Below are positions 24,452 through 36,705 of a stretch of 64,000 nucleotides of DNA, piece after piece. The notes under the pieces are model-generated. The model did no database searches, had not been told where the DNA came from, and worked only from the letters and a program-made list of their open reading frames with translations. The DNA comes from Lama glama (lineage: Eukaryota): positions 6,698,001 through 6,762,000 of the forward strand of contig CM052832.1 in the NCBI GenBank assembly GCA_028534125.1, written 5' to 3'. Positions within the stretch are counted from its first letter, which is position 1; the number at the start of each line of letters is the position of its first letter. The position numbers and the translations under genes were made by a program.

Positions 24452-25326
24452 ATCAATAGGCACATGAAAAAATGCTCAGTATCACTAATTATCAGAGAAA
24501 TGCAAATCAGAACTACAGTGAGGTATCACCTCACACCAGTCAGAATGGCCATTATTCAAAAGTCCACAAATGACAAATGCTGGAGAGGCTGTGGCGAAAA
24601 GGGTACCCTCCTACACTGCTGGTGGGAATGCAGTTCGGTGCAGCCACTTTGGAAAACAGTATGGAGATTCCTCAAAAGACTGGGAATAGACTTACCATAT
24701 GACCCAAGAATTCTGCTCCTGGGCATATATCCAGAAGGAACCCTACTTCAAAATGACACCTGCACCTCAGTGTTCATAGCAGCACTATTTACAATAGCCA
24801 AGACATGGAAACAGCCTAAATGTCCATCGACAGATGACTGGATAAAAAAGAGGTGGTATATTTATACAATGGAATACTATTCATCCACAAAAACCAACAA
24901 CATAACGCCATTTGCAGCAACATGGATGTTCCTGGAGAATGTCATTCTAAGTAAGCCAAAAAGAGAAAGAAAAATACCATATGAGATCGCTCATATGCAG
25001 AATATTAAAAAAAAACATAAATACAAAACAGAAACAGACTGATAGGCATAGAATACAAACTTGTGGTTGCCAGGGGGATGGGGAATGGGAAGAGACAGAC
25101 TGGGATTTCAAAATATAGACTAGATAAACAAGATTGTACTGTATAGCGCAGGGAAATATATACAGGATCTTGTGGTGACTCACAGCGAAAGAGAATGTGA
25201 CAACGAATGTGTGTATGTTCCTGTATAACTGAAAAATTGTGCTCCACACTGGAATTTGACACAACATTATAAAATGACTATAGCTCAAAAAAAATGTTTA
25301 AAAAAAGTTAATATTCAATATGAAAA
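24452..25326 (+). mobile_element. Relatively young 5'-truncated L1 (ORF2 C-terminus + 3'UTR)
   Basis: Encodes [18 protein letters not shown]...[18 protein letters not shown] (CCHC knuckle)...[12 protein letters not shown]. 20-bp TSD at 24432-24451 / 25327-25346 (1 mismatch). Confidence 0.97.
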
Positions 25327-27699
25327 AAAAAGTTATGAACTCTTCAGTCTAAAATGGATAATTTATCTTAAAACTATTTGAGAATAATAGTTAGACCTTC
25401 CCTAGAAAATGCTCCCTGGGTGTGCCTTTGTATTCTCTCTTTTGGGCAACTGTATCTAGGGAGGAAAAATACATACATACACGAAAATCTGCTGTGGGCA
25501 TATATTGTATGTATATATATATTTTTTTTCTTCCATAACCATGGAAGGTTTTTGTTGTTGTTTTTTTTTCCTGGTTTCTAGCCAGCTTCTGGAAACTGTG
25601 AGCTCCTAACCATGTCAGATGATCGAGAGCCCAGAGAGGGTTCCTGGCAAAAAAAAGTTGAACAGAAGCCTAAATAGTTGCTAAACAATTCCTCCTGGGT
25701 TGGGTAGTGGGGGAACTAAGAAATGTATGGCCTTCTCTTCTTATTATTATGTACCAAAGAAATGTTTACATCTTTACAGTCTAGTAGCACAATTACTCTT
25801 CAGACTCTAATAGACCAACTCTGAACTATGACTTCTTTTTAAAAGATTTTCGAAAAGATCTTGACCCTTCAGCTTCCAGAAAGATAACTTTAACAAATTC
25901 ATCCTGCTCTGTTCTATTGGACCGTGGACCAGCTTTCACTGCCCCCCAGGTGACATCTTCACTAATACCTTGCTTGTCCCAACGATAGGACAGCTTGCTA
26001 CTTAGTTCTAAGATTTCCCCCCATCTCTGGTGGTTCTAAAGGAATGTGAGAGCCGTGTTTAGGTTGTGCCTCGAAGATTTGATTTGGCGGCAGTGGGGCA
26101 TTTACTAAGTTGAGCGTTAAACCGGATGTAACCCCATGAGGTTAATGGGGTTAATGACAGATGTCATCTTCATGGATCAATATTATATGTTATCAAGATG
26201 GACAATTCTAGCAACTCTTCTTGTTTACTCGATACTCCTAAGCACATGGCACACACCAGGGTACTCCTTGTCATCCTCGTAAATATCCCATGGCAGCTGT
26301 TTTTCTACCCTGTTTTGGGGAGGGTTTGGGGGAGCTTTTTTTTTTAACCATAAGTAACTTTTAAGTAACTTTTAACAATTATAAGTTCTCACTGCTGTTT
26401 CTTATCACAGAAGGATTGTAGAAAAATAGAAAATGCAGATAAGAAAAGAGAAGAGAAAGTTTAAAACCACTGCTATGACATAGATATATACTCATTCAGA
26501 TTCTCTTCTGTTTCCTGCCCTGTTTTAAACAGGTTCTAGATCAGAGATGTTACATTTTTGCACAAGATCACACAGCTATTAATTTGCAAAACTGGGACTC
26601 ACACTGTGGTTTGCTTTGCTCTCTCCCCTCCCAAAACATGAACAAGCTATTAATCAGTTATCAGGGAAAACAGGATGTAAATCTTAGAGGCTAAGACAGT
26701 GAACTCATATGATATTTCCCCCAATGCTCCAAACACTGTTTTTGTCTTTTATTTCGTATCAGAGTCGGGGATACTACTTTCACATAAATAAAATGAGATC
26801 ATTTTACTTTTCTCAATAAATCTAACATTATGGCAGTTCTAGGCATGGCGTCTGTTTTGGATTTCAATTTAAAATTTGTTTCAAAATCGAATGATGCCAT
26901 CTAGCTGGGGGAGAAGAGTGCTGGGAAACCCAGGGGCTCACCAGTAGTTGGCCAATAACTGGCATGACAGCTCCCCCACCTCTTCCCAGATGTCAGCGAG
27001 CATTTTCCATGACTGGGTGAAGGGCGATCTCTAATGGGCTGTGGAGCAGCAGTGGGCAAAGTTTTCATTGCAATGATAACATTTTACTTTTTGGACAGTG
27101 CTTTCCAAGTTATACACAACTCAGCTTTCTCACAGGAGTTCTCCAAGGTTAAACAAGATGACGACTCATCAGAGGAAGGCTGGGCTGGGATTTTTGTTCA
27201 CAGCACAATGCAAGCTCTCTTGGTGTATTGATAGCACACCTAATAGAACTGATTTCATCTTCTGTGACTTCACTGTGGCCTTTTGGTATTGACTGAGAAA
27301 ATCATCTCAGGCCGCCTTTCCTGGAACAGGACACACAAGCAGTGAGCCAACTTAATAATAGCAACAATATATGGAGCACTTACTATTTGTCAGGCCTGTA
27401 CAAAGTGCTTTTGTTCATTCATTTATTCATTCATTCATTCATCAAATATGTACTGAGTGCCTTCCATGCTCAAGGCCTCACACTTGACTCTGGAGATGCA
27501 GAGGCTGGCAGTCCTGTTGGATGCAAATCCTGTGCTCCGTCCTGATGCGGTGTTGGCCTTTATTCCGCTCAGTTCCATCTTTCCCAAATAGGACGACGCT
27601 CTTTTGACCTCTAAAGAGACCTCCTCTGCTGACCTAGGGCACATGAGAGGGAAGCAAGTCCAGCCTCCAAGTCAGACACCCTCTTTAGAGCTCTCTGTG

Positions 27700-27850
27700 T
27701 GGCCACTTGGCCACTTACTGTGTGACCTTGAGCAAGGAGCCTTACCTCTCTGTGCCTCAGTTTCCTCAGCTACAAAAGGAAGAAAATAACAATGCCTACC
27801 TCATAACTTGGTGGAGAGGATTACGTCTATTTGAGTATACAGAGCACGCA
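27700..27850 (+). mobile_element. MIR SINE
   Basis: CTGTGTGACCTTGAGCAAG...CTCTCTGTGCCTCAGTTTCCTCA core. Confidence 0.85.
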
Positions 27851-27904
27851 CAGGTAGCCTTGGCCATCATCATCCTCGTTGTCCTCAGTGGCAGCAGTAA
27901 ACTG

Positions 27905-28347
27905 TTTGTGTTGAAGTTCAGTTGATTTACAGTGTTGTGTTAATTTCTGGTGCACAGCATAGTGACTCAGTTATACATATATACTCTTTTTCATATTTTT
28001 ATTGTAGGCTATTACAAGATATTGAATGTAGTTCCCTGTGCTGTACAGTAGGACCTTGTTGTTTATCCACTTGACACATAATAGGATATACCCGCCAGTC
28101 CCAAACTCCTAATTTATCTTTCCCCTCCCTCTCCACCAGCGACCATAAATTTATTTTCTATGTCCATGAATCTCTTTCTGTTTTATAAATAACTTCATTT
28201 CTATCATGTTTTAAGACTCCACATATAAGTGATATATGTTATTTGTCTTTGTCTGACTTACTTCACTCAGTATGATAACCTCCAGGTCCATCCATGTTGC
28301 TGCAAATGGCATTATTTCATTCTCTTTTTTTGGCTGCGTAGTACTCC

Positions 28348-28390
<43 letters not shown>

Positions 28391-28551
28391 CACAGCTTCT
28401 TTATCCTGTCATCTGTTGATGGACATTTAGGTTGCTTGCATGTCTTGGCTATTGTAAATAGTGCTGCTGTGAACATTGGGGTGCACGTATCTTTTTGAAT
28501 TAGTTTTCTCTGGGTGTGTGCCTAGGAGTGGCATCGCTGGATCATATGGTT
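27905..28551 (-). mobile_element. 5'-truncated L1 containing (GT)n at 28351-28388
   Basis: The minus frame gives KKENEIMPFAATWMDLEVIILSEVSQT (ORF2 end) followed by 3'UTR. Confidence 0.92.
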
Positions 28552-29789
28552 ACAGTGGTAAACGTCTTATTTAGAATTTTGAGGTTTCTTGCCAGAGCTC
28601 TTTACCTTAACGGCCCCTATTAAATCAGACTCTTCCCTGTGGTTTTCAACTCATCTTTGCACGGGGACGGCAGTGCCCGACCTCACTCACACTCTGAGGT
28701 CACAGAACCACAGAGGGAAGTGACTGGTTCAGCAGGGGAGCAAGGAACCACACACCCAGACAGTTGGTCTAGACTTCCAGATCCAAGGCCAGTATTCATA
28801 AGCATTCAGAGAGAGAGGTGGATATGGCGGAGGCTTTAAAGCAAGATGCCCACGAAGGAAAAGAGTTTGAACGCAGAACCCATCTCTTCACGATGTAGTT
28901 AAACACCTCTCTCTGAGCAGGAACGTTAAATGGAGTTGCAGACTGGTTTCACCACAGCTATGCTAAACCATAATTGCAGTACTTTCAGTATTGACTTTCA
29001 CTTCCCATTTCTACTTTTAAACAGTGGATAGAGGTGGAAATTCGATTAATTACCCAAGCTCAGCTCAATTTCTCTTTTGCTTGATAGGCATTTTGCCTGA
29101 GAAACTCTGTATTCTGCCATGCACACCTACCTCGGACTGCTTATCATCTTGTAGCATAAAACTAGTAAACGATTCTGTGATACTTAGAACAAAATATAAA
29201 CTAAGCTAAAAGCCCCACTGCTCATTGCTTGGATGAGTAAGCAGCAGATCTGAATTATTCATGAGAGGGATAGTAGATGATCTGCTTTATATTCTCACTT
29301 TGTAAGGAAGCGCTTCATTCTTTGTAGTGCTCAGCAAAATAATATTCTATATTTAAATAACATTTAGCATATGACTAAGAGCAATCAACATTTATGGAAG
29401 CCTCAGAAGCCTTGAGCCCTCTTTCCGTGAATGCTTCCTCCTGCCACCCCCCTGATGTAGGTGGGGAGCGTTATTCTCTCAATGAGAAATTTAGGTTAGA
29501 CGTGTTCTCCCAACTGTGTTACCCAGCCAGATTCAAGTTTGCTCCTTCTTAATTCTCATTCTTTTCCCATGATTCTTGGAGGAGGAACCAAGGAGCAACT
29601 TGGTACAATGGCAGAGTGGAAAGCAGCTTGTTCTTTGGAGACAAAAAGACCTGAATTCATGCTACATCTTATTTATGACTTTCCTCATATGTTAAAAAAA
29701 AAGATACGGACTTAGGTTAAGGGCTATTGGGATGTAGATGATCAATAACTTTTTGCTGATGCCTGTGCCTGACATTAGTGAGGGCTCTC

Positions 29790-30270
29790 ACCCATCCATT
29801 CCACATCTAACAAACATGGCGGAGCACTTGGCAGGTAGTAGGCGCTGCTTCGGTCCTTGGGAGCTCAGGAATGGAGGCATGCCTCCTGCCCTCAAGCAAG
29901 TGATAGCTGATGGAGGAGAGAGTACATAGATTCATAGAATTTAGAAAACGCCATGGTTTGAGCAAGCCCCGGACACTATGGAAACCTCTAAGAGGGTGGT
30001 CTGGGATGAACAGGAAAGGTTTCCTCAAGGAGGTCATTCTTGATTTACAGCTTTAGAGGTTAAATAGGTGTTTGACAAGGAGAGATGGAAATAGGAGAGG
30101 GTCTCCTTGGGGGCGGGAGCAGCTGGCACTGAAGCAGAAATGCGAGGGAAAATGATGGCTCATAGGAAGTAGAGCCCCGAGTGGATGCTGGGCTGTACAG
30201 AGGCGGGCTCACGCTGTGAAGGAATTTGGACCTCCTGATCAAGTCCAGTTGGATGGGCCATGGGAAGCAT
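29790..30270 (-). mobile_element. L2 LINE, degenerate
   Basis: CCATCCATTCC tail, GAGCACTTGGCAGG, CCTGCCCTCAAG and GGAAAGGTTTCCTCAAGGAGGTCA. Confidence 0.55.
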
Positions 30271-31149
30271 CTTACACAGGGGAGTGACTGTCCACCTGGT
30301 CTGACAGAAGGTCCTCTCTGTCCTGTACCTGTGGCTGCACCCAGGCCGGTGCTGCAGGGAGGCCAGCGCTGCAGGGAGGCCAGCATGGAGCAGGAGCTGC
30401 CTCCTCCTGGCCAGACAGAAGGAGAATCAGCTGCAGAGTCCCAGCGTCCTTGAACTACATTACCTTTTGTTATTCCTCTGTCTTGTCTTTTTAAAGAGGA
30501 AAAAAGTCAAAACAGGAAAGCAGCCATTAAGGATGTCATTAAGTTAACATTCAATAGGTTTGGGAGGGGAGGGCGTACGCGTTAGTGCCCCGCCTAGAAC
30601 ACTTATTCAGGGGTGCATTCCACTCAACAAGCGGGTATTGATCTTCTTCTTGGACCAGGGGTCAAAAATCAGGAATCCAAACCCTGGTCCCTACCCTAGG
30701 GAATCACTTGGTCTGTGGGCGAGGGAGGCTGACTTACAATGACGGGGGAAATGTCTTTTATCCAATAAGCCTGCCCTATTGCTTCTTCAAATTTCGAACA
30801 ACTTGGAAATAGAATTTCAGCGATGATCCTGGGTTCCACTTGAGAGCAAACACATATGCAGAAAAAAAAAACTCAATAGTATTGCTAAAGTAAGTTCCTA
30901 GGGGCTAAAATTCCCCAAGTTGAGCACACACAAAGCGAAGAGAAAGAAAAGTTTGGTGTCATCTCCTTTTAGTTAGCTGTTGTATCGTGCCTGCACTCTT
31001 ACCCCAGTACAAAGGTCTACATTTACTAGATGCTGAATGAAAATTAGATGAGGGAATGCATTAAGAATGCTTGAGTTTGTTGCTGGCCTTGTTTCTGGCA
31101 GCAGGAGGGCGGAAGGGGAAGCCGCTCTGCGTGCCAGGGCGGGCTTCCA

Positions 31150-31340
31150 AAGTTGGACATAGCACTTCCTCTCCAGTTCAGCTAGACAAAGCGTGGGTCC
31201 GTGGACACATCTGGATGCAAGAGAGTCTGGGAGTACCATCTTGTTCCTGGCGGCCCTGTGCCCAGCTGAAAATCAGGGTTCTGTTATAAACAGAAGGGGA
31301 AGGTGGATAGGAGAGGTCAAGTAGCAGGTTCTAGTGCAAG
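31150..31340 (-). mobile_element. MLT1J-like MaLR LTR fragment
   Basis: GGACACATCTGGATGCAAGAGAGTCTGGGA...GTGCCCAGCTGAAAATCAGGGTTCTGTTA...GAAGGTGGATA. Confidence 0.65.
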
Positions 31341-32029
31341 TGACAAATGCACCCTTTGGAATGAATGACTTGAGAAATCAGGTCCCAGAATTCACATGTT
31401 AAATGACCGCCCGGAAGTTCATGAATCTTCAAGACACGCAGAAGTTCTTCTCTTCTTAGGAGAAGTTTCTCAAGTTTCAGAAAACAGGTAAGCTTTGATC
31501 TGGGGTTTGAAAGGCATGGCAGGGCCTAGGGGGCGCTCTCCAAGGGGGCCGGCTCCCCCCACTCCCAGGTCAGCTGGAGAGGTTACAGCCCCAGCGGTCT
31601 GCCTCTCCAGTCCCACCTCCGTGACTTGGCGCTTGCCCTTCTCCCTTGCTGACTGGGCGTCCCTGCTTTATGCACTGCTGTCATCCACTTGGGGAGTTGT
31701 GTCTGTTTGCAGGTAGATCTTCATTAACAGATGGCAAGGCCATCTCTAATCAGATCAGAGTATCCTCCAGACCCTTTGCAGTCGTTGGCTAGGGCTAGAG
31801 TTATGTTGAATAAGCCAGCAAGTTTCTGCCCCGGTGGGTAGTAAGACATCTTCAGCCTTCCTCTGCCCTTCCTAGATGCAGTGGAGCCCAGGCTGCAGCC
31901 TCGGACTTCAGGGAGACAGAAGGAGGGCTGGATCAGGAAGACCCTAGGTGTGGGTCTTCAGGCCATTCATTCTGAGCAAGAAATTTAGTCTCTCTGTTAT
32001 ACCATTAAAGGACCCTACATGAGCAGTGG

Positions 32030-32245
32030 GCACCATGCAGAGAGAATGGGTTTTGGAGCCAGACCAGCCTGGGCTGGAATACTAGTCCTGACAGTTACTA
32101 GTTTTGCAGTTACGGGATGTTTTATCTCCAAGTCATGATATTCTCATCTGTAAAGTGGGTATAATAATGCTAGTCTTCAGGGTGTTGTAAATGGAATAAG
32201 AATGTACTTAACGAATGAAGACACTCAATGAACAGCGATTATTTT
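32030..32245 (+). mobile_element. MIR SINE
   Basis: TTTTGGAGCCAGAC...TTCTCATCTGTAAAGTGGGTATAATAATG. Confidence 0.8.
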
Positions 32246-33350
32246 TCTTACCTCTTTCACCTCTAAACTTTGATGATGAAAATGAGATGAAATTCAGCTG
32301 AGTCCATTGATGAGCTATAGCTCTGTTAGAAACACATCTGTTCTGGTCTATTGAAGATCACATTATGAGCTCCATCCACAAAATTGTATGTCATTTTTCT
32401 GAAATCCACACCATTTCTGAGTAACATTTCCTGCACAAGGGCACCATCCATTGTAGTGAAAAAACAAAATAAAAAATCCATCAAGTCTTTCAAGCCTTGC
32501 AAAAAAAAAAAAAGACAACGCAGGTCAAATTCTCCCATGAGGTCGTTAATATTAATGATATCAATTACTTCCTTTGGTTCAACACTGTGGCAAAAATCAA
32601 AAATCGTTAAGAGCAGCTGGTTATTTGCCTGTACCGAAGAGAGGGAATCAGGCAGCGATCTCGTGTTCAATTGACTAAGATTTCTTTGGAGGAGAAAAAT
32701 GAATCAGTCCTTATTTTTTTCTTTTAAACAAATATTGGAAATCAAAATGTGTTGGACCAGGATGGTATGTGCTTCCACTCAACCCTCCTTCTAATTTGTG
32801 TTATAGAATAGAAGCTCTGAGCACAAAAATCTTATAATGACTTCCTGATAGTGTTCCGGCTCCAGATTCTTTCTTGTGCACGGAAGTGAAATAAACTCAA
32901 AAAGTACTTTAAGCTCTTGAATTCTGAATGAGCGCGATATAATAAACCCTGAATGCCGCCACTTTCCCTTGAACCTTCTGCCTGATCCACCTACACAGTT
33001 ATTCCGGGCAATTATCGTCATTACCCGGGCTGGGAATCTGGAGCTGTCTTTACTCATCAGCCCCTTTTCTTGACTTCACATGTAAGCAAAACCAGATCTT
33101 CTCAAGTCTTTTTTCTGCTAAATCCAAGTTCAAAGCTGTTCGTAAGTACTTAATCTGAATGGATATCTCCATGTAATCTCCAAAGGGTAGAAAACGCGTT
33201 ACCTCAAAATTCTGTAGCCTAGAAGGACGGACTGGTGTTAAGTGCCATGAGAAAGGTGCAAGTCTGGTAACGTGGAGCTTCGAGGAAGAATGATTGCCTT
33301 CACGTTGGGCACATCAGGACTAGCTTCATCTAAAAGGTGACATTTTTAGA

Positions 33351-33530
33351 TCAGAAGTTGCAAAACGGTCACCTGTGGGCCAGATCCACGTGTAGGTTTT
33401 ATTTGGCCTGTACAGTGTTGCTTTATTAAGTTGAATTTGGTGCTAACCTTTAACATTGGGGAGATTTTTTAATTTAAAATCTATATCCCTGCTGCTCTTA
33501 AAAGATTAGTAGAGCTGGCATCACTGAGTC
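33351..33530 (+). mobile_element. MER103-like hAT-Charlie element
   Basis: CAGAAGTTGCAAAAC...GGGCCAGATCC...TTTATTTGGCC...GGAGATTT...GAGCTGGCATCACTG. Confidence 0.6.
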
Positions 33531-34479
33531 TCCCTTCCTGCTGGCTAGAACTGGTTCAAGAGGAGCCAGATCTGCCCTTTTCAACAGAACTAGCATTCTC
33601 CAGTCCCCACCACTCTCTACCGTCCTTGCTTGCCTCCAGGTCTAGGCGGGGAGCAGTGAGGGACAATGTTGTAAAGTGAGGAGTGAGGGTGGTCTCGCTC
33701 TGGATGCCCTGTGGCACCAGCCAGAGCATTGCAATTAATTCCATGAACCTGGAGAATCATCAGTGTCAAGAACCATCCTTTAGGAAGCTCACCGTGCCCC
33801 AGGCGTCCCGCTGAGAGAGGAGAAAGGAGAAAACAAGGGGAGGTGGGGGAGAGAGCAGGGACATCAGTAAGACAGTTGTCATCAATCTTTAAACACCCAC
33901 GTCTCCCTTTTTTATCCCTCTGTCTTAATCCTCTGTGGAAATTCTGTAGACTGAACTGGAAAGAATGCTGGACTCTTAAGTCAGAAGACTAGGCTCCAGT
34001 TACAGGTCTGCGCTCACCAGCACAGTGCGTGGGCAAGGTCTGGGTTTTGCAGCTCTCCCTTTGCTTGTGATGAAACGGCCGCGGCGGTGGCGCTGCCCTC
34101 CCAGGGTTACGGTGAGAATTAGCAGCACAGGGTGTTGTGCAGTCGTCAAGGGCTATCATCACCATCCCCTCTTGACTTCATTTCTGCAGGCTTCTCCATA
34201 TAGGCAGGCTCACTCCCATCTCTTTCCTATCGAGCAGCTTTGACTTTATTCAAATTATTTCCAAGCTTGGATTCCTCCGAAGCTGCTGCTGCTTTTTGCT
34301 TTCTTAGTTGGGGCTTAAAGTCAGGCTTTCAGGGTGGAAAGGACTGGAGAGACGACCAACGACCCCTCCTTGCCCTAGCCGTCTCCCCTCCAGTGCTGCA
34401 GCCTCTCCTTGAACTCCTCCGGGGACGGAGTCCTCACTCTGTACCATGACTGTTAGCATGATTATTCATTTTCCCCCCG

Positions 34480-34780
34480 AAACCCTGTAATTTCAACCCA
34501 TTTGTCCTAGTAGTAGTATGCTCTGTGAGCAACCAGAGCAGGTCTGCTGTTTCTTTGCCAGTAAAATTCTCCTGTTCTTTGAAGACAGTTACTCAGCCCC
34601 CCTCCCAACTGCCGGATCTTCCTCTTCAGACTAAATTTGCAGTTTCTCCGGTTTATTCTTTATATGCCATGGACCCAAGTCCCCCCTCCCACCTTGAAGT
34701 TCTGCCCAGTTTACACTGTATTTCCGTCACCAGCTGCTCTTTCCTTTCTTGCACACTCTATCCAGAAGTCCTGCACTTCG
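34480..34780 (-). mobile_element. CR1/L3 LINE fragment
   Basis: TTTGAAGACAGTTACTCAGCCCCC...TCTTCCTCTTCAGACTAAA...CAGTTTCTCC. Confidence 0.5.
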
Positions 34781-35509
34781 ACCCTTGGTCTCATCCCACC
34801 CTAGACCAAGCGAAAGAAGCACCTCTGTTCCCCCCCAGAACCACACCCGCCTCTCCTCTCCCTTAATTCACACTTCTCACATTTTGAGCCGTAAATCGGG
34901 CCATTTGTCTAAGATACGAGTTCGTGATCTCCAGGGTCATCAATGAAGCCAGATTTGGCCACGCTCACAATGTTTACGTCATTGAGTGTTGACAACCTGC
35001 CAGCCCCTTGTACTCAAGTATATTTCCCGTATCATCTCATTGCATCTTCACACTCCCACCTGAAGGAAGTACTGTTACCAGCATCCTTCTTTCGTGGGGA
35101 GAGGGAGGCTTTGCTGATGAAGGACCAGCCTGGGAGTGGGAGAGCTGGGACCAGGCCCCGGCTGCCTGGCTGGGGGCCTGTGCTTCTCGAGACTGCCCTG
35201 GGCCTCCTCTCTGCATCTTTGTGTGATGCCTGCTTCTGAGTGTCCTTTCATTTGTTTATTTGTTGCATAATGACTTGAGGGCTTTCACAGGATTTAATAG
35301 AGAGTCTAATTACTGCAATCATTACTGTAATGCATGAAGGCTTCGTTCCTTCCCCCTGCTTGCTTAAAATAATAATGCTAGTAAGCCTCCAGAGCTGTAG
35401 GCCGGCCACCTCCGTCTTCAGGAAGATTTCTTATAGAGGCTATTGGGGGAGGCTCCAAAGAGAGGTGCATACGTTCAAACCCTATGCACTGCGATGCGTT
35501 TCCCCACTT

Positions 35510-35710
35510 CTCATTCTCCTTTTGTGCTCTCTTTTTGCCCATAGCATTTATTTGATAATACATAATTCACTTATTTATTTTGTTTATTGTCTGCCTCCTC
35601 TTACTAGAATATAAACTCCACGAGGGCACAAACGCTTGTGTTTTATTATGTCTGCATCCTCAGCTTGGCGCAAAGTAGGAGCCCAGCGAATACATGCTGG
35701 GTGAACGATG
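35510..35710 (+). mobile_element. L2 3' end
   Basis: TTGTTTATTGTCTGCCTCC...ACTAGAATATAAACTCCACGAGGGCA...AGTAGGAGCCCAGCGAATAC. Confidence 0.85.
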
Positions 35711-36159
35711 CCACAATAAAGCAAGTCCATTACCTTGTAGACACAGACATTTGACCTTTCGGGTTTATTGTTCTCAGCTACCGCCTTGACCCCCTGCCTC
35801 CCCCACCCCATCCTCACACACGCTCTCTAGCTCATGCCCACTCAGCCTTGGAGCCGCAGCTCACCAGGGCGTTGGTTGCTGCCAGCACCTTCACTGTTCC
35901 TAGAGGCACACGGGCCCCTCCTCTGTGCATCCTTAGCACCCTGTGTTCATCTCCATCATCTTATGTCCCGCCCAGCGTCCCAGTCGCTCGTGCTTGCAGA
36001 CAGACACCTCCTCACTAACCCTGAGCACTTTGAAGGCAGAGATCTTCCCTGATTCCTGCTTGTCCCCCGAGTACCCCGTACGGTGCCCAGCATAGAGTTG
36101 GTGCCCAAAACATAGTTAATTAGTGGATTAAAAATTCTATTTTTCACAATGGAGCTTTG

Positions 36160-36328
36160 TTTCTGGATAGCACAGGGAACATTATTCAATACCTTGTAGT
36201 AACCCATAATGAAAACAGAATATGAAAACAAATATATGCATGTATATGTAAGACTGAAACATCATGTACACTAGAAACTGACACAACGTTGCAAACTGAC
36301 TATACTTCAATTGGAGAAAAAAAAAAAG
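36160..36328 (+). mobile_element. Short L1 3' end
   Basis: TAGCACAGGGAAC...TTGCAAACTGACTATACTTCAA plus poly-A, with TSD AATGGAGCTTTG (36148-36159 / 36332-36343). Confidence 0.9.
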
Positions 36329-36414
36329 CAAAATGGAGCTTTGAAGCCACAAAGGGGGAGACACAAACAAGCCCTGAGTGTTTAAGAATCACCATTGCCG
36401 TTGGGGTTGGAAGT

Positions 36415-36705
36415 TCTTTATTCAGTTGGTATTTACCGCGTACCCCATTATAGGCTGCGTCCCGTTCTAGATACAAAGAGACATCAGCAAACTAAACAGT
36501 CCAAAATGCCTGCCGTGGAACATTCTAGTGGGAGGACAGAGACGACAAGGACTGTAATAAATAAAGGAGTCATACAATGTGCTAGGAGTGATATGCGCTA
36601 GAGAGAAAAAGAAAAAGCAGGCCAGGGCCAGGGGGTTAGGCGTGGAGGCAGGAGGTGGAATTTTCAGCAGGGTGACCAGGGTAACCTTCACTGAAAAGAA
36701 GGCTG
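36415..36705 (-). mobile_element. L2 LINE fragment
   Basis: CCTGCCGTGGAACATTCTAGTGGGAGGACAGA...GGGTGACCAGGGTAACCTTCACTGAAAAG. Confidence 0.65.

Noticed and set aside
32326..32670. 114-aa minus-strand ORF that looks protein-like
   Set aside because: No recognisable homology, non-ATG start, and it runs through an A homopolymer. A BLASTX/Dfam hit would reopen it.
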